A DNA stretch of 63,195 bases from Candidatus Calescibacterium sp. (GCA_032249135.1 JAVVGL010000011.1:1-63195); one strand, 5' to 3'; shown: positions 47,476-58,251, counted from the stretch's first letter. The notes: generated from the sequence alone by a model not told the origin. Numbers and translations are program-made.

Positions 47476-48765
47476 ATGGCAGAAATAAGAAAAAGAGGAG
47501 AGAAGAGAAAGAATGAAAAATCTTATGTTAAAGGTTTGAAATGTAGGGAGTGTAAAAGAGAGTATGAAATAGCTCCAATTCATATATGTGAAGTTTGTTT
47601 TGGTCCCCTTGAAGTTGTGTATGACTATGAGAATATAAAGCTCACAAAGTCTATGTTGCGTTCAAGAAAGCCTAATATGTGGAGATATAGAGAACTATTA
47701 CCAGTAGAGGGAGACCCAGTTGTATATGATGTTGGATTTACTCCACTTTTCAGAGCGAGAAACCTTGAAAAATATCTTGGTTGCAAAGAGATATGGATAA
47801 AAAATGATGGTGTTAATTTCCCAACTTTGTCTTTCAAAGATAGAGTTGTTGCGATAGCTGTAAAGAAGGCAAAGGAATTTGGTTTCAAGGCTGTTGCTTG
47901 TGCATCAACTGGAAATCTTGCAAACTCTGTTGCTTCAATAGCCTCTATATACGGAATGAAAGCTTTCATATTTATTCCTTATGACCTTGAACCAACAAAA
48001 ATTTTAGCTTCATCTATATACGGAGTTGAGGTCATAGGAATAAAAGGAAGTTATGATGATGTGAATAGATTATCAGCTGAAATAGCGGAAAAATACAAAA
48101 TAGCTTTTGTTAATATAAACATAAGACCTTTTTACTCAGAGGGTTCAAAGTCCTACGGATTTGAAATTGCAGAACAACTTTCTTTCAGGCTTCCTGATCA
48201 CATTATAGTTCCTATGGCTGGTGGTTCTTTGATAACAAAAATATGGAAAGCATTTTTGGAATTCAAAATGTTGGGATTGCTCAAGGAAGTTGATGTGAGG
48301 ATGTACGGTGCGCAGGCGGAAGGGTGTGCTCCAATAGTTGATGCAGTAAAAAAAGGTCTCTCAATCTTTACTCCTGTCAAGAATCCAAAAACAATCGCTA
48401 AATCTCTTGCAATAGGAAATCCACCAGATGGGTACTACGCTATAAAAGTAATAAGGGAGTCAGGAGGTTGGGCAGAAGCTCCGTCAGATAAAGAGATAGT
48501 AGATGCAATAAAGATTCTTGCAGAAAAAGAAGGTATATTTACGGAAACAGCGGGAGGAGTGACGATGGGAGCATTTTTGAGACTTCTTGAAAGCGGTAAA
48601 ATATCAAAATCAGATAGTGTCCTTATATCTTTGACGGGAAATGGAATAAAAACACAAGAAGCTCTTACAGAATATGTTCCGCCAGTCAAAACAATAGAAC
48701 CTACAATTGAAAGCTTTGAAGATTTGTATAAAGATACTCTGAAAAATTTTGCTTATGAATCATAA
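47476..48765 (+). CDS. thrC: Threonine synthase
   Basis: N-terminal CxxC..CxxC, MWRYRELLP, PTLSFKDR (PLP Lys), ASTGNLA, TGNGIK. Confidence 0.9.
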   Translation: MAEIRKRGEKRKNEKSYVKGLKCRECKREYEIAPIHICEVCFGPLEVVYDYENIKLTKSMLRSRKPNMWRYRELLPVEGDPVVYDVGFTPLFRARNLEKYLGCKEIWIKNDGVNFPTLSFKDRVVAIAVKKAKEFGFKAVACASTGNLANSVASIASIYGMKAFIFIPYDLEPTKILASSIYGVEVIGIKGSYDDVNRLSAEIAEKYKIAFVNINIRPFYSEGSKSYGFEIAEQLSFRLPDHIIVPMAGGSLITKIWKAFLEFKMLGLLKEVDVRMYGAQAEGCAPIVDAVKKGLSIFTPVKNPKTIAKSLAIGNPPDGYYAIKVIRESGGWAEAPSDKEIVDAIKILAEKEGIFTETAGGVTMGAFLRLLESGKISKSDSVLISLTGNGIKTQEALTEYVPPVKTIEPTIESFEDLYKDTLKNFAYES

Positions 48766-48802
48766 TGGTAGACTGTAATGCAAAAAATATGGAGGATTTA
48801 AT

Positions 48803-49834
48803 ATGGATGAAGAACTTCTCAGAAGATTTGAAGAAGCAAGAAAACACTCAATAATATCAAAAATAGGAAATACTCCCTGCGTCAGGCTTGATAGATTAAA
48901 AAAATTTCTTTCTTTGCCAGAAAACATCAATATATGGGGGAAGGTTGAGGGATTAAATCCAGGAGGTTCTGTAAAAGATAGACCTGCTCTTTTTATGATA
49001 GAAGATGGGATAAGGTCGGGCAAGCTCACAAGTGAGAAAATAGTTCTTGATTCAACATCGGGCAACACTGGAATAGCTTATGCTATGATTTGTGCAGTTT
49101 TGGGAATAAAATTGAAGCTCTGCATACCCTCAAATGCTTCTTTTGAGAGGTTAAAAATTCTCACTATATTTGGTGCCGAGCTTATTTTGACTGATCCTCT
49201 TGAAGGTTCAGACGGAGCCATGGCTGAATGTATGAGAATTTATGAGGAAAATCCAGATTTATACTTCAAACCAGATCAGTATTCAAATCAAGCAAATCCG
49301 AAAGCTCACTATACTACAACATCTTTGGAGATATGGGAAAGTTTGGAGGGTAAGGTAGATTTTTTTGTTGCAGGGGTTGGAACAGGTGGAACAATAATGG
49401 GTGCTGGGAAAAGGTTGAAAGAGCTCAATCCATCGGTTAAAGTTGTAGCAGTTGAGCCTGAGGAACCGGTTCATGGTCTTGAGGGGTTGCGCAACACAAA
49501 ATACTCTGTTATTCCGAAAATTTTTGATGTAAATTTTCCTGACATTTATGTTAGGGTGAAAACAGAGGATGCATATCGGATGTGTCGTCTTGTTGCTTCA
49601 TGTGAGGGGTTGTTTATAGGACCTTCGGCAGGCGCTGCCCTGAAAGCTTCTGAGATTATTGCAAGAGAATTTGCTCCTCATCGTATATCTTCAAATAGCT
49701 CACCCACTATAAATATAGTCGCTATTTTACCAGATTCGGGAGATAGATACTTTTCTTCCCGCTTGTGGGAAGACAAAAGATTTTTGGAGCTTTTAAGCAA
49801 AATAAGATGGCAAAGGGAAACAAAAAAAAGATAG
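48803..49834 (+). CDS. cysM: PLP-dependent cysteine synthase family (CysM-like)
   Basis: IGNTP, NPGGSVKDR, TSGNTGIA, GVGTGGT, PDSGDRY. Confidence 0.85.
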   Translation: MDEELLRRFEEARKHSIISKIGNTPCVRLDRLKKFLSLPENINIWGKVEGLNPGGSVKDRPALFMIEDGIRSGKLTSEKIVLDSTSGNTGIAYAMICAVLGIKLKLCIPSNASFERLKILTIFGAELILTDPLEGSDGAMAECMRIYEENPDLYFKPDQYSNQANPKAHYTTTSLEIWESLEGKVDFFVAGVGTGGTIMGAGKRLKELNPSVKVVAVEPEEPVHGLEGLRNTKYSVIPKIFDVNFPDIYVRVKTEDAYRMCRLVASCEGLFIGPSAGAALKASEIIAREFAPHRISSNSSPTINIVAILPDSGDRYFSSRLWEDKRFLELLSKIRWQRETKKR

Positions 49835-50214
49835 CTATTACTATTACTTATCTTTTAACTGGGGTGGTTATTTCATCTTTGAACACGATCATAGAGGCGT
49901 TAGCTTATAAGTATGATTTATATGAGGTCAAAGGACCGTGGAAAATACTTGCTACTCCATTTCCTATGTTTATTTTGTGGATATTTCTTTCTTTTATATA
50001 CATAGATGTGTATTATAGGATTAAAAATAAATTTCCTTCTTTGCTGTATGTGATTTTGGGCATAGTTCTTGGATGGTGTTTTGATTTTATAGGATGGAGA
50101 ATCGGTCTTTTAGAAATAAAGGAAAAAGGAAGTCCATTTATAAATGCCTCGGTCTGGGTTATTTTAGTCCCTCTTACATTAGTTATACCAAAAATGATTT
50201 TGAAAGAAAAGTGA
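49807..50214 (+). CDS. Hypothetical membrane protein (about 4 TM)
   Basis: Hydrophobic helices; the ATG at 49807 overlaps the end of cysM. Confidence 0.6.
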   Translation: MAKGNKKKIAITITYLLTGVVISSLNTIIEALAYKYDLYEVKGPWKILATPFPMFILWIFLSFIYIDVYYRIKNKFPSLLYVILGIVLGWCFDFIGWRIGLLEIKEKGSPFINASVWVILVPLTLVIPKMILKEK

Positions 50215-50229
50215 ATATTCTGTTAGTTT

Positions 50230-51948
50230 TCAGATTTCAAACTTTGATCCAGAAGGTATTTTTACGTGGATGTTTTTTGTTATTTTTATACCATCACGAA
50301 CAAAAAGTTTTGCTCCTTTTTCAAGTTCAATAAAAACAGAAACTCCCTTTTCTATAACAACATCTTTACCAAACTTTATCGTTGGAAAATTCTTCATTTT
50401 AAAATTTCTTCTGTTATCTACATTTACATCTCCGAATGGATATTTTGAGAAAATTTTAAGCTGTCCTCCTTTTTTTATATTGAGCCCATGTAAAAAGCTT
50501 TTTTCTCCGTTTTCTGGGTGGAAACAAGAAATAAAAAGTAAAGAATCATCTTCTAATTTCCATCCTGAAAAGTCAAAAAAGTTTAAAATTTTTTCTGAAA
50601 AGATTATGAATGGAGCGAGTTCTAATTTTGCTTTCTGAGATATGGAAGCTCCTCTTTCCTCTAATTTCTTCTTTGTGAAATTAATATAGTTTTTCTGCGT
50701 AGTTTCTACTGAATCTTCACCGAAAATAGATTTCGTAGGTGAAAAGAAAAGTTCTCTTTCAACTTCTACAAAGCTTACTTTCTCTTCATCTAATATTTCT
50801 GCAATATAGTGATTTAGAAACTCAATTGAACTTGTAATTATGAAATTATCATCTACTTTTACCTTTTTTTGGGTATATACTACCGGTCTCAGATTTTTTA
50901 GAATATCAGGAGTAATAAAATTTAGCGAAAATAGATTTGTGTTTATATGTCCGTATTCAAAAACGAGTTTATCCCCGTCTTTAAGTGAAAAGATTTCTCC
51001 CGCCTCGTTATATTCCAAGATTATCTTCTTCCTTCTTGCTCTGTCATACGCTGGAATTCCAATTTTTTCTCCTTCCTTTCTTTTTACGACTGATGATGTG
51101 AAAATATTTCCCTTTCTTATATGAAAACTAAGTCTTGGAGGGAAAAGCGGTTGAGCAAGCAGATTATCTACATTATGTAAAACGAAAAATTCTACCCCCA
51201 AAGATAGTAGTAATTTTTTTATTGATAAGATAGCAAATAGTGCTCCTCCATGACCGTCACCAGTTTTTACTATTGAACCATCTTTCCTCAAAACAGGAAG
51301 TCCATTTTCATCTATTCTTGGTAGTTCTCTTTGCTTGATCAAGAAGATGAAATCCTGCGGAATACCGAAAGGTTTTGAAGATACAAAATCTTCTATTTCT
51401 TTGTGAGTTGTAGAAGATGTAAGGATACACCACACGGGAATTTTGCCATACTCAAAAGCTCTTGCTAAAATCTCCCCAGCAAATACTTCAAGAAATGAAA
51501 AGTTCCCTACCGGAGTTATTGGAAAAAGTCCTTTTGTATTTTTTACGGTTAATTTTTGTTCATCCGACAATTCAGAAAAAAATCTCGTTGCAGATCCGCC
51601 TGCAAGTGTAAGGCAAGCCCATTTCCCTTGTTTTAAAGACAAAATCCCTTCTTCCGCAGAGTTTTCGGAAATTTTCTCAACATCGGGAGTAGTAAGATTT
51701 TTCATGCTTTTATATTGTTGAGAACTTCCACTTAGGAAAATTTCTCTATGTAGTTTCAGAAGTTCAAAATCAACTTCTGACATTTCCTCAAAAAATCTTC
51801 TCAAAACCTCTTCATCATCTTTAAGTTTGAAAAATATTTCATATATACCGTATGATATTATCTTGTTAAATACATCATAGAAAGCTTCATTTTTTCTAAG
51901 AAACTTGTATATGAATTCTGGTATTTTGTGAGTTTTTGTTTTGTTCAT
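50230..51948 (-). CDS. UDPGP/UAP-family UTP--sugar-1-phosphate uridylyltransferase
   Basis: LAGGSATR, KGLFPI, GDGHGG, NVDN, LEYNE, FSPTK; beta-helix-like C-terminus. Confidence 0.8.
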   Translation of the reverse strand: MNKTKTHKIPEFIYKFLRKNEAFYDVFNKIISYGIYEIFFKLKDDEEVLRRFFEEMSEVDFELLKLHREIFLSGSSQQYKSMKNLTTPDVEKISENSAEEGILSLKQGKWACLTLAGGSATRFFSELSDEQKLTVKNTKGLFPITPVGNFSFLEVFAGEILARAFEYGKIPVWCILTSSTTHKEIEDFVSSKPFGIPQDFIFLIKQRELPRIDENGLPVLRKDGSIVKTGDGHGGALFAILSIKKLLLSLGVEFFVLHNVDNLLAQPLFPPRLSFHIRKGNIFTSSVVKRKEGEKIGIPAYDRARRKKIILEYNEAGEIFSLKDGDKLVFEYGHINTNLFSLNFITPDILKNLRPVVYTQKKVKVDDNFIITSSIEFLNHYIAEILDEEKVSFVEVERELFFSPTKSIFGEDSVETTQKNYINFTKKKLEERGASISQKAKLELAPFIIFSEKILNFFDFSGWKLEDDSLLFISCFHPENGEKSFLHGLNIKKGGQLKIFSKYPFGDVNVDNRRNFKMKNFPTIKFGKDVVIEKGVSVFIELEKGAKLFVRDGIKITKNIHVKIPSGSKFEI

Positions 51949-51958
51949 ATTTTTAATT

Positions 51959-52615
51959 TTAGTCTCCTCTTTTTATCGCTGCTACTCCTGTTCTGACTAA
52001 CTCCTTTATGCCGAATGGTTTGAGGAGCTGCAAAAATGCTGATGTTTTATCTCTATCTCCCGTTATTTCAATCGTTAGAGATTTCAAAGTTACATCTATT
52101 ATTTTGCCCCTGAAAATTTCTACGAGTCTCATTATTTCGTCTCTGTTTTCTTTTGTCGCTGAAACTTTTACAAGGAGCAATTCTCTTTCAACATGAGGAA
52201 TATCTGTTATGTTGCTTACTTTTATTACCTCTATTATTTTTCTGAGCTGTTTCTCAATTTGTTCAACTACTCTTTCATCTCCTTTTGTGACGATTGTCAT
52301 TCTTGAATAATTTGGGTCTTGGGTTTCACCAACGCATAAGCTTTCTATGTTGTATCCTCTTCCTGCAAAAAGTCCAGCTATTTTTGCAAGAACCCCTGGT
52401 TTGTTTTCAACCAAAAGAGAGAGAACATGTAATCTTACTTCTGTTTTTCTTTGAGGTCTTTTTGGAAGCATATCTCTGCTCAAACCTTCAAGAGGAGCGA
52501 TGGGGGTAGATAGTATTCTTTGGGCTTCTTCTATTCTTTGGGATTCTTCATCGGTGTTTTCTCTCTTTTTTTCTTTCTCTTTTTGCTTTTCGTTTTCGTT
52601 TTTTTCACTTTGCAT
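51959..52615 (-). CDS. ilvN: Acetolactate synthase small (regulatory) subunit with N-terminal extension
   Basis: LVENKPGVLA..GLF..RGYNIESL, SRMTI, ERELLLVKV, ELVRTG. Confidence 0.93.
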   Translation of the reverse strand: MQSEKNENEKQKEKEKKRENTDEESQRIEEAQRILSTPIAPLEGLSRDMLPKRPQRKTEVRLHVLSLLVENKPGVLAKIAGLFAGRGYNIESLCVGETQDPNYSRMTIVTKGDERVVEQIEKQLRKIIEVIKVSNITDIPHVERELLLVKVSATKENRDEIMRLVEIFRGKIIDVTLKSLTIEITGDRDKTSAFLQLLKPFGIKELVRTGVAAIKRGD

Positions 52616-52833
52616 AGATAATAAAGATAAAAAGGAATTTTCAACTGAAATTGCTGTCCAAAATTTTTACCTTTGTCTGATTGAAATTTAAATTGGAAAT
52701 TTAATAGAAGTATTTTCGTGAGTAAAATAGAAACTTTTATTTTGCATAGTGCTAAAATCCCTTTTGTTTTGCATTTTGCATTTTAGTCTAACATCTAAAT
52801 ATAATTGATAGCAAATAATAATGTTGATTTTGA

Positions 52834-53274
52834 TTGGTTGAGAGAATGTTATTGAAAGTAAAGAAGCTCAAAGAAGATGCAAAAATACCAGTTTATTCCA
52901 CTGAGGGAGCAGCTGGGTTAGACATTTTCTCTGCTGAGGAAATTGAAATACCGCCTGGGGAGTGGAGAGTCGTTGGAACAGGAATTTCTATTGAACTGCC
53001 AGAAGGTTTTGAGGCACAAGTGAGACCCAGATCAGGTCTTGCTCTCAAAGGTATAACAGTTCTCAATACTCCCGGAACAATTGACCCAGATTATAGAGGT
53101 GAAGTTAAGGTTATTCTTTTTAATGTTTCAAACAAAAGTTTCAAGGTAGAAAAAGGAATGAGAATAGCCCAACTCGTTATATCAAAGTTTGAAAGAGTTA
53201 AAGTGGAGGTTACAGACTCTTTGTCTGACACAAAAAGGGGTGAAGGAGGATTCGGTAGCACAGGAATTTTTTAG
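52834..53274 (+). CDS. dut: dUTP diphosphatase
   Basis: AAGLD, RPRSGLA, GTIDPDYRGE, RIAQL, RGEGGFGSTG; alternative ATG start at 52846. Confidence 0.97.
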   Translation: MVERMLLKVKKLKEDAKIPVYSTEGAAGLDIFSAEEIEIPPGEWRVVGTGISIELPEGFEAQVRPRSGLALKGITVLNTPGTIDPDYRGEVKVILFNVSNKSFKVEKGMRIAQLVISKFERVKVEVTDSLSDTKRGEGGFGSTGIF

Positions 53275-53459
53275 AAATCTGTTGTTAAAAATCTGGTATT
53301 TTCATCGAAATGAAATTATTTATTGGAAAGATTTTAGTATGCATAGGTATCTGAAAATTGCTATCTTAACCTACATTCCCAAACTACAACCAAAATAATA
53401 TTTTCATTTAGTCATAGGTTGGTTGAACTTCTTTTTGCGGAACTTGATAAAAAAGATGT

Positions 53460-54236
53460 TTGATAGATGAAAACTATCGTCCATCTATTTTCTCAACAAC
53501 GCTTTGGGATTATCCGAAACAAAGCTATGATGATACACCGAAAGGAAATAATAAATATCCTGGTGTCACTCCTGCTTTCATTATTTATAATTTGATTCAT
53601 AGATACACTGAACCAGGAGAGATTGTTTGCGATCCTATGGCTGGCTCTGGAACAACAATTGATGTTTGCAAAGAAGAAAAACGTCGCGTTATCGCTTTTG
53701 ATATAGTACCAACGAGACCAGATATAATTCAAGCGGATGCAAGAAATCTTCCTTTGAAAGATAATTCTATTGATATGATTTTTATTGATTCACCTTATGG
53801 TGATAATATAAGATATAATGAGCACCCACTCAATATCGGGCATATTCCTGCACATGATGAAAAATTTTTTGACGAACTTGAAAAGGTTATGATTGAGTGT
53901 CATAGGGTTCTCAAAGATAAAAAGGTTCTTGCATGGTTAATTGGTGATCAGTGGGCAAAAGGTATTTTTATACCTGTTGGTTTTAAGGTTTATGAACGAT
54001 TGGTCAAATACTTTGAACCGGTTGATATTGTTTGTGTTGTCAGGAGAAATCAATCTTCAAACACACCTTTCTGGCATAGTAAAGCAATCCAGCATAATTT
54101 TTATTTGAGGGGTTTCAAGTACCTCATAATTGTCAGAAAATCTTATGAGAAAAATTCTCCAAAAGATTTGAGAATCAAGTGGAATTACTATGAAAGAGAA
54201 AAAAAAGAAAAACCGAGCACATTGAAAAATATATAG
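53460..54236 (+). CDS. Amino (N4-C/N6-A) DNA methyltransferase
   Basis: SAM motif DPMAGSGTT and catalytic-type motif DSPY; directly upstream of a REase. Confidence 0.88.
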   Translation: MIDENYRPSIFSTTLWDYPKQSYDDTPKGNNKYPGVTPAFIIYNLIHRYTEPGEIVCDPMAGSGTTIDVCKEEKRRVIAFDIVPTRPDIIQADARNLPLKDNSIDMIFIDSPYGDNIRYNEHPLNIGHIPAHDEKFFDELEKVMIECHRVLKDKKVLAWLIGDQWAKGIFIPVGFKVYERLVKYFEPVDIVCVVRRNQSSNTPFWHSKAIQHNFYLRGFKYLIIVRKSYEKNSPKDLRIKWNYYEREKKEKPSTLKNI

Positions 54237-54298
54237 CGGAGCAGATCAAAAGGAGAGGTATAAAATTCTTATCTGAAATTCTGAAGGAAGCAAAGGAA

Positions 54299-54892
54299 AT
54301 GTATGAGAAAAGTTTGCAAGGAGTTGTTAAGGATGTGGAGCAATCTTGGAAGCCTTTTAAGGGGAATATACTGGAAAAAATTATCCTTGATGCAATAGGT
54401 GATGAAGTTAGAAAACTTGGCTTAAACGTTATACTTGGCAAAAATTTAGAGAAAAAAGATGACAATTTAGATGAATGCTTATGTAAGGTTAAAAGAAGTG
54501 TCCTTATTGACTATGGTGAATTTGGTATGCATCTTCCAGATGTTGATTTAGTTATTTATGACCCGAAAGAATGTAAAGCTTTGGCTATAATTTCTTCAAA
54601 GGTAAGTTTGAGGGAACGCATAGCGCAAACTGGATATTGGAAATTAAAACTTCAAGGTAGTCCTGTTACGAAAAATATAAAGGTCTTCTTTGTAACTTTG
54701 GATGAGGATGGTGATCTTGTTGTCAAAAACCCGGCAAAGAAAGGAAGAGCCATTGCAGAAACGGATACAGATGGAACATTTGTTATAACTACACGAGAAG
54801 TTGAAGAAAGCGAGAAAATCAAAAAAATTGATAGATTTTCAGAAGTTCTTCGCAAATTTACTTTACAAGAAGTAATCAATTTTATTTTTTAA
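54299..54892 (+). CDS. BsaWI-family type II restriction endonuclease; N-terminus out of frame with the upstream ATG at 54190
   Basis: EQSWKPFKG, PDVD and SKVSLRERIAQ (CCGG-family PD..KxSLRER signature); the frame stays open upstream to 54194. Confidence 0.82.
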   Translation: MYEKSLQGVVKDVEQSWKPFKGNILEKIILDAIGDEVRKLGLNVILGKNLEKKDDNLDECLCKVKRSVLIDYGEFGMHLPDVDLVIYDPKECKALAIISSKVSLRERIAQTGYWKLKLQGSPVTKNIKVFFVTLDEDGDLVVKNPAKKGRAIAETDTDGTFVITTREVEESEKIKKIDRFSEVLRKFTLQEVINFIF

Positions 54893-54952
54893 ATCTTTTG
54901 AAATATTACGAAAAAATAACGAGCAGACTCGTTTGAATTAAAATTTCAAAGT

Positions 54953-57538
54953 ATGCGCTTTGATAAATTTACAACTCGTGCCCAAGAGGTAATAGAAGAA
55001 TCTGCTGAGCTTGCAAGAAAAAGGGGAAACGGAGAAGTTTTTCCCGAGCATCTTGCTTACGCTCTTGTAAAAGGTCCTATGTCAAGTGTAATAAAAGGAC
55101 TTGGAAAAGATCCAGTAAGACTTATATCAAGATTAGATGCAGAAATCGCTCGTCTTCCAAAAGTTTTCGGAGATTCCTCTGAAATTTATATATCTCCTCC
55201 TATGAGAAAAGTTTTGTCTCGTGCGGAAGATGTTGCCAACCGACTCGGAGATAACTATGTATCAACGGAACATCTTTTCATTTCTGTTCTTGAATATGAT
55301 CCGGTTATGAAGGTTTTCTTACAGGAAGGTATAAGTCCATCAGAAGTTGAAAAATATATTCTTGATTTGAGAAAAGGGAAAAAAGTTGAAAGTAAAGAAG
55401 AAGATTTAGGAGAAGGTTCTTCACTTGAAAAGTTTGGAAGAGATTTGACTGCTCTTGCGGCTCAGGGAAAATTAGATCCTGTGATAGGTCGTGAAGATGA
55501 AATAAGAAGAGTAATTGAAGTTCTTATGAGAAGAACAAAGAATAACCCAGTTCTCATAGGTGATCCTGGTGTTGGGAAAACAGCAATAGTTGAGGGACTT
55601 GCTCAAAAGATAGCAAAAGGAGATGTTCCAGAACCCCTCAAAGGAAAAAGAATTTTCCAGCTTGATATGACATCTTTGCTTGCTGGTGCAAAGTATAGAG
55701 GTGAGTTTGAAGAAAGACTTAAATCTGTTCTGAAAGAGGTTCAGGAAAGCAACGGAGAGATAATTTTGTTTATTGATGAGGTCCATAATCTTATAGGGGC
55801 TGGAAGAGCGGAGGGGCAGGCAATTGATGCCGCGAACATTCTTAAACCTCCTCTGGCTCGTGGTGAAATAAGAATGATAGGAGCTACAACCGTTGATGAA
55901 TACAGAAAATATATAGAAAAAGATCCAGCGTTGGAGAGGAGGTTGCAACCTATTTATGTCAGGGAACCAACCGTTGAGGAAACAATTTCTATTTTGAGAG
56001 GATTGAAACAAAAGTATGAGGTTCATCATGGGGTCAAAATATCAGATTCGGCTATCGTTGCGGCTGCAAAGCTCTCCGCTCGTTATATTCAAGATAGGAA
56101 GTTGCCAGATAAAGCCATAGATCTTATAGACCAAGCTGCGAGCTCTTTGAGAATGCAGATTGAAAGCTTACCAGCTCCAATATACGACCTTGAAAAAAAG
56201 ATATCTGAACTTGAGGTTGAGAAACAAGCCCTTAACATGGAGCTTTCCACAGCTTCTCCGAGGGAAAAGCAGGAAATAGAAAGAAAAATAAAAGATATAG
56301 AAGATAAGTTAGCTGAGTTAAGAGCAAGACTTTCCGAGCTCAGAGCAAAATGGGATAATGAAAGAAAACTTCTCGAAAGAATAAGAGAGTTAAAAGACAA
56401 AATATCTGAACTTGAATATGAGGCAGAAAAGGCAACTCGTATGGGAGATTACGAAAAGGCAGCAAGAATAACATATGGTGAAATTCCAAACTTAAAACGG
56501 GAACTTGAAAAGTTGAACTCAGAATGGGAGAATATAAAAGACAAACTAATCTCTGATCAGGTGACAGAAGATGATATCATGAGGCTTGTTGCCAAAATGA
56601 CAGGGATTCCAGTTGAAAGAATGAAAGAAGAGGAAATAGAAAAGTTAGCCAGGATGGAGGAGTTCTTGTCAAGAAAAGTTGTTGGACAGGAAGAGGCGAT
56701 TTCTTTGATCGCTAATACAATAAGAAGGGCGAGAGCTGGTTTTTCAGATCCGAAAAGACCCATAGGTTCATTTTTGTTTTTAGGACCCACTGGTGTTGGA
56801 AAAACTTTAACTGCAAAGGCTCTTGCAGAATTCCTTTTTGGAGATGAAAATGCTCTTATAAGAATTGATATGTCAGAGTACATGGAAAAACATTCTGTTG
56901 CTCGGCTAATAGGTGCTCCACCAGGATATGTGGGTTATGAAGAAGGAGGGCAACTTACAGAAGCTGTGAGGAGAAAGCCGTTTTCAGTTATACTTTTTGA
57001 TGAGGTTGAAAAGGCTCACCCCGAGGTTTTTAATATACTTTTGCAAGTTCTTGATGATGGTCGCCTTACAGATTCAAAAGGAAGAACCGTTGATTTCAGG
57101 AACACAGTTATAATTATGACATCTAATCTTGGTAGCGATATTATAATGCGTGAGAGTTTTGATGTTGCTAAATCAAAAGTAAAAAATCTTCTTTTGTCTT
57201 ATTTCAGACCTGAATTTATAAACAGAATAGACGAGATAGTTATTTTTAAACCAATTGATAGACAAATGCTTCTCAAAATAGTTGAACTTGAACTTGACAA
57301 AGTAAAAGCAAGGGCAGAGGATCGCAGGATAAAACTTTCTTTTACAGATTCTCTGAAAAATTTCATAGCTGATGTTGGGTATGATCCGTCTTTTGGAGCA
57401 AGACCTCTAAGACGCGCAATCCAAAAATACATATTAGATGAGCTTGCATTAAAATTCATAAAAGGTGAAATTTCAGAGGGAGATGAAGTTGTAGTTGATT
57501 ATGATGGAAAATCTGTTGTTTTCCAGAAAGTGTCTTAA
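54953..57538 (+). CDS. clpB: ATP-dependent disaggregase ClpB
   Basis: Clp-N repeats, two AAA modules ([16 protein letters not shown]), long coiled-coil M domain, GARPLRR. Confidence 0.96.
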   Translation: MRFDKFTTRAQEVIEESAELARKRGNGEVFPEHLAYALVKGPMSSVIKGLGKDPVRLISRLDAEIARLPKVFGDSSEIYISPPMRKVLSRAEDVANRLGDNYVSTEHLFISVLEYDPVMKVFLQEGISPSEVEKYILDLRKGKKVESKEEDLGEGSSLEKFGRDLTALAAQGKLDPVIGREDEIRRVIEVLMRRTKNNPVLIGDPGVGKTAIVEGLAQKIAKGDVPEPLKGKRIFQLDMTSLLAGAKYRGEFEERLKSVLKEVQESNGEIILFIDEVHNLIGAGRAEGQAIDAANILKPPLARGEIRMIGATTVDEYRKYIEKDPALERRLQPIYVREPTVEETISILRGLKQKYEVHHGVKISDSAIVAAAKLSARYIQDRKLPDKAIDLIDQAASSLRMQIESLPAPIYDLEKKISELEVEKQALNMELSTASPREKQEIERKIKDIEDKLAELRARLSELRAKWDNERKLLERIRELKDKISELEYEAEKATRMGDYEKAARITYGEIPNLKRELEKLNSEWENIKDKLISDQVTEDDIMRLVAKMTGIPVERMKEEEIEKLARMEEFLSRKVVGQEEAISLIANTIRRARAGFSDPKRPIGSFLFLGPTGVGKTLTAKALAEFLFGDENALIRIDMSEYMEKHSVARLIGAPPGYVGYEEGGQLTEAVRRKPFSVILFDEVEKAHPEVFNILLQVLDDGRLTDSKGRTVDFRNTVIIMTSNLGSDIIMRESFDVAKSKVKNLLLSYFRPEFINRIDEIVIFKPIDRQMLLKIVELELDKVKARAEDRRIKLSFTDSLKNFIADVGYDPSFGARPLRRAIQKYILDELALKFIKGEISEGDEVVVDYDGKSVVFQKVS

Positions 57539-57598
57539 ATTCTGAGAAAAATATTTGTTTTTTGACTTATTCTTTTTTATCTTTAAGTTATTAATTGT

Positions 57599-58075
57599 AT
57601 GCCACAGGTTGCAATAATAATGGAGAGCAAGAGTGATTTGGAATACATGAAGGAAGCTTATGAGCTCTTGAAATCTTTTGATATTGATGTTGAAGTTAAA
57701 GTTATTTCTGCGCACAGAACTCCTGAATATGCGTTCAGTTTTGGTAAGGATGCAAAAAATGAGGGGTTTGAAGTTATAATTGCAGGTGCAGTTGGAGCTA
57801 CGCATTTACCGGGTGTTATTGCTTCTTTAACTACTCTTCCTGTGATTGGAGTTCCAATACCTACAAAACAACTAAATGGTTTAGATTCTTTACTTTCTAT
57901 TGTACAGATGCCTTATGGTGTTCCTGTTGCAACAGTGGGCATTGGAAATGCAAAGAATGCATCCCTTCTTGCTTTGAGAATTCTTTTAATTAAATATGAG
58001 GATATAACCCATAAACTCAAAGCATTTGCTGAAAAGATGAAAAATGAAGTTCTCTCTTCAAAGCTCGAAATTTAA
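57599..58075 (+). CDS. purE: N5-CAIR mutase PurE with substituted conserved residues
   Basis: [35 protein letters not shown]. Confidence 0.9.
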   Translation: MPQVAIIMESKSDLEYMKEAYELLKSFDIDVEVKVISAHRTPEYAFSFGKDAKNEGFEVIIAGAVGATHLPGVIASLTTLPVIGVPIPTKQLNGLDSLLSIVQMPYGVPVATVGIGNAKNASLLALRILLIKYEDITHKLKAFAEKMKNEVLSSKLEI

Positions 58076-58251
58076 GATATGAATATTGGGTGAAATAAAG
58101 TTCGGGTGTATGCTATTATTATTAAAGGCAGAAATTTCCTTTTTTTGTATTAGAAGAAGGCAAAGAAGCTTCCGCTTGCAAGTTCGCTGATAAATTTAAA
58201 AAAAATTGGTTTTTCTGTATTTTTTCAAAAAAATTACTAAGATAAATTAAT

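Noticed and set aside
53275..53463. Controller (C) protein or small gene upstream of the MTase
   Set aside because: Only a 38-codon open stretch without a proper start and with no HTH pattern.
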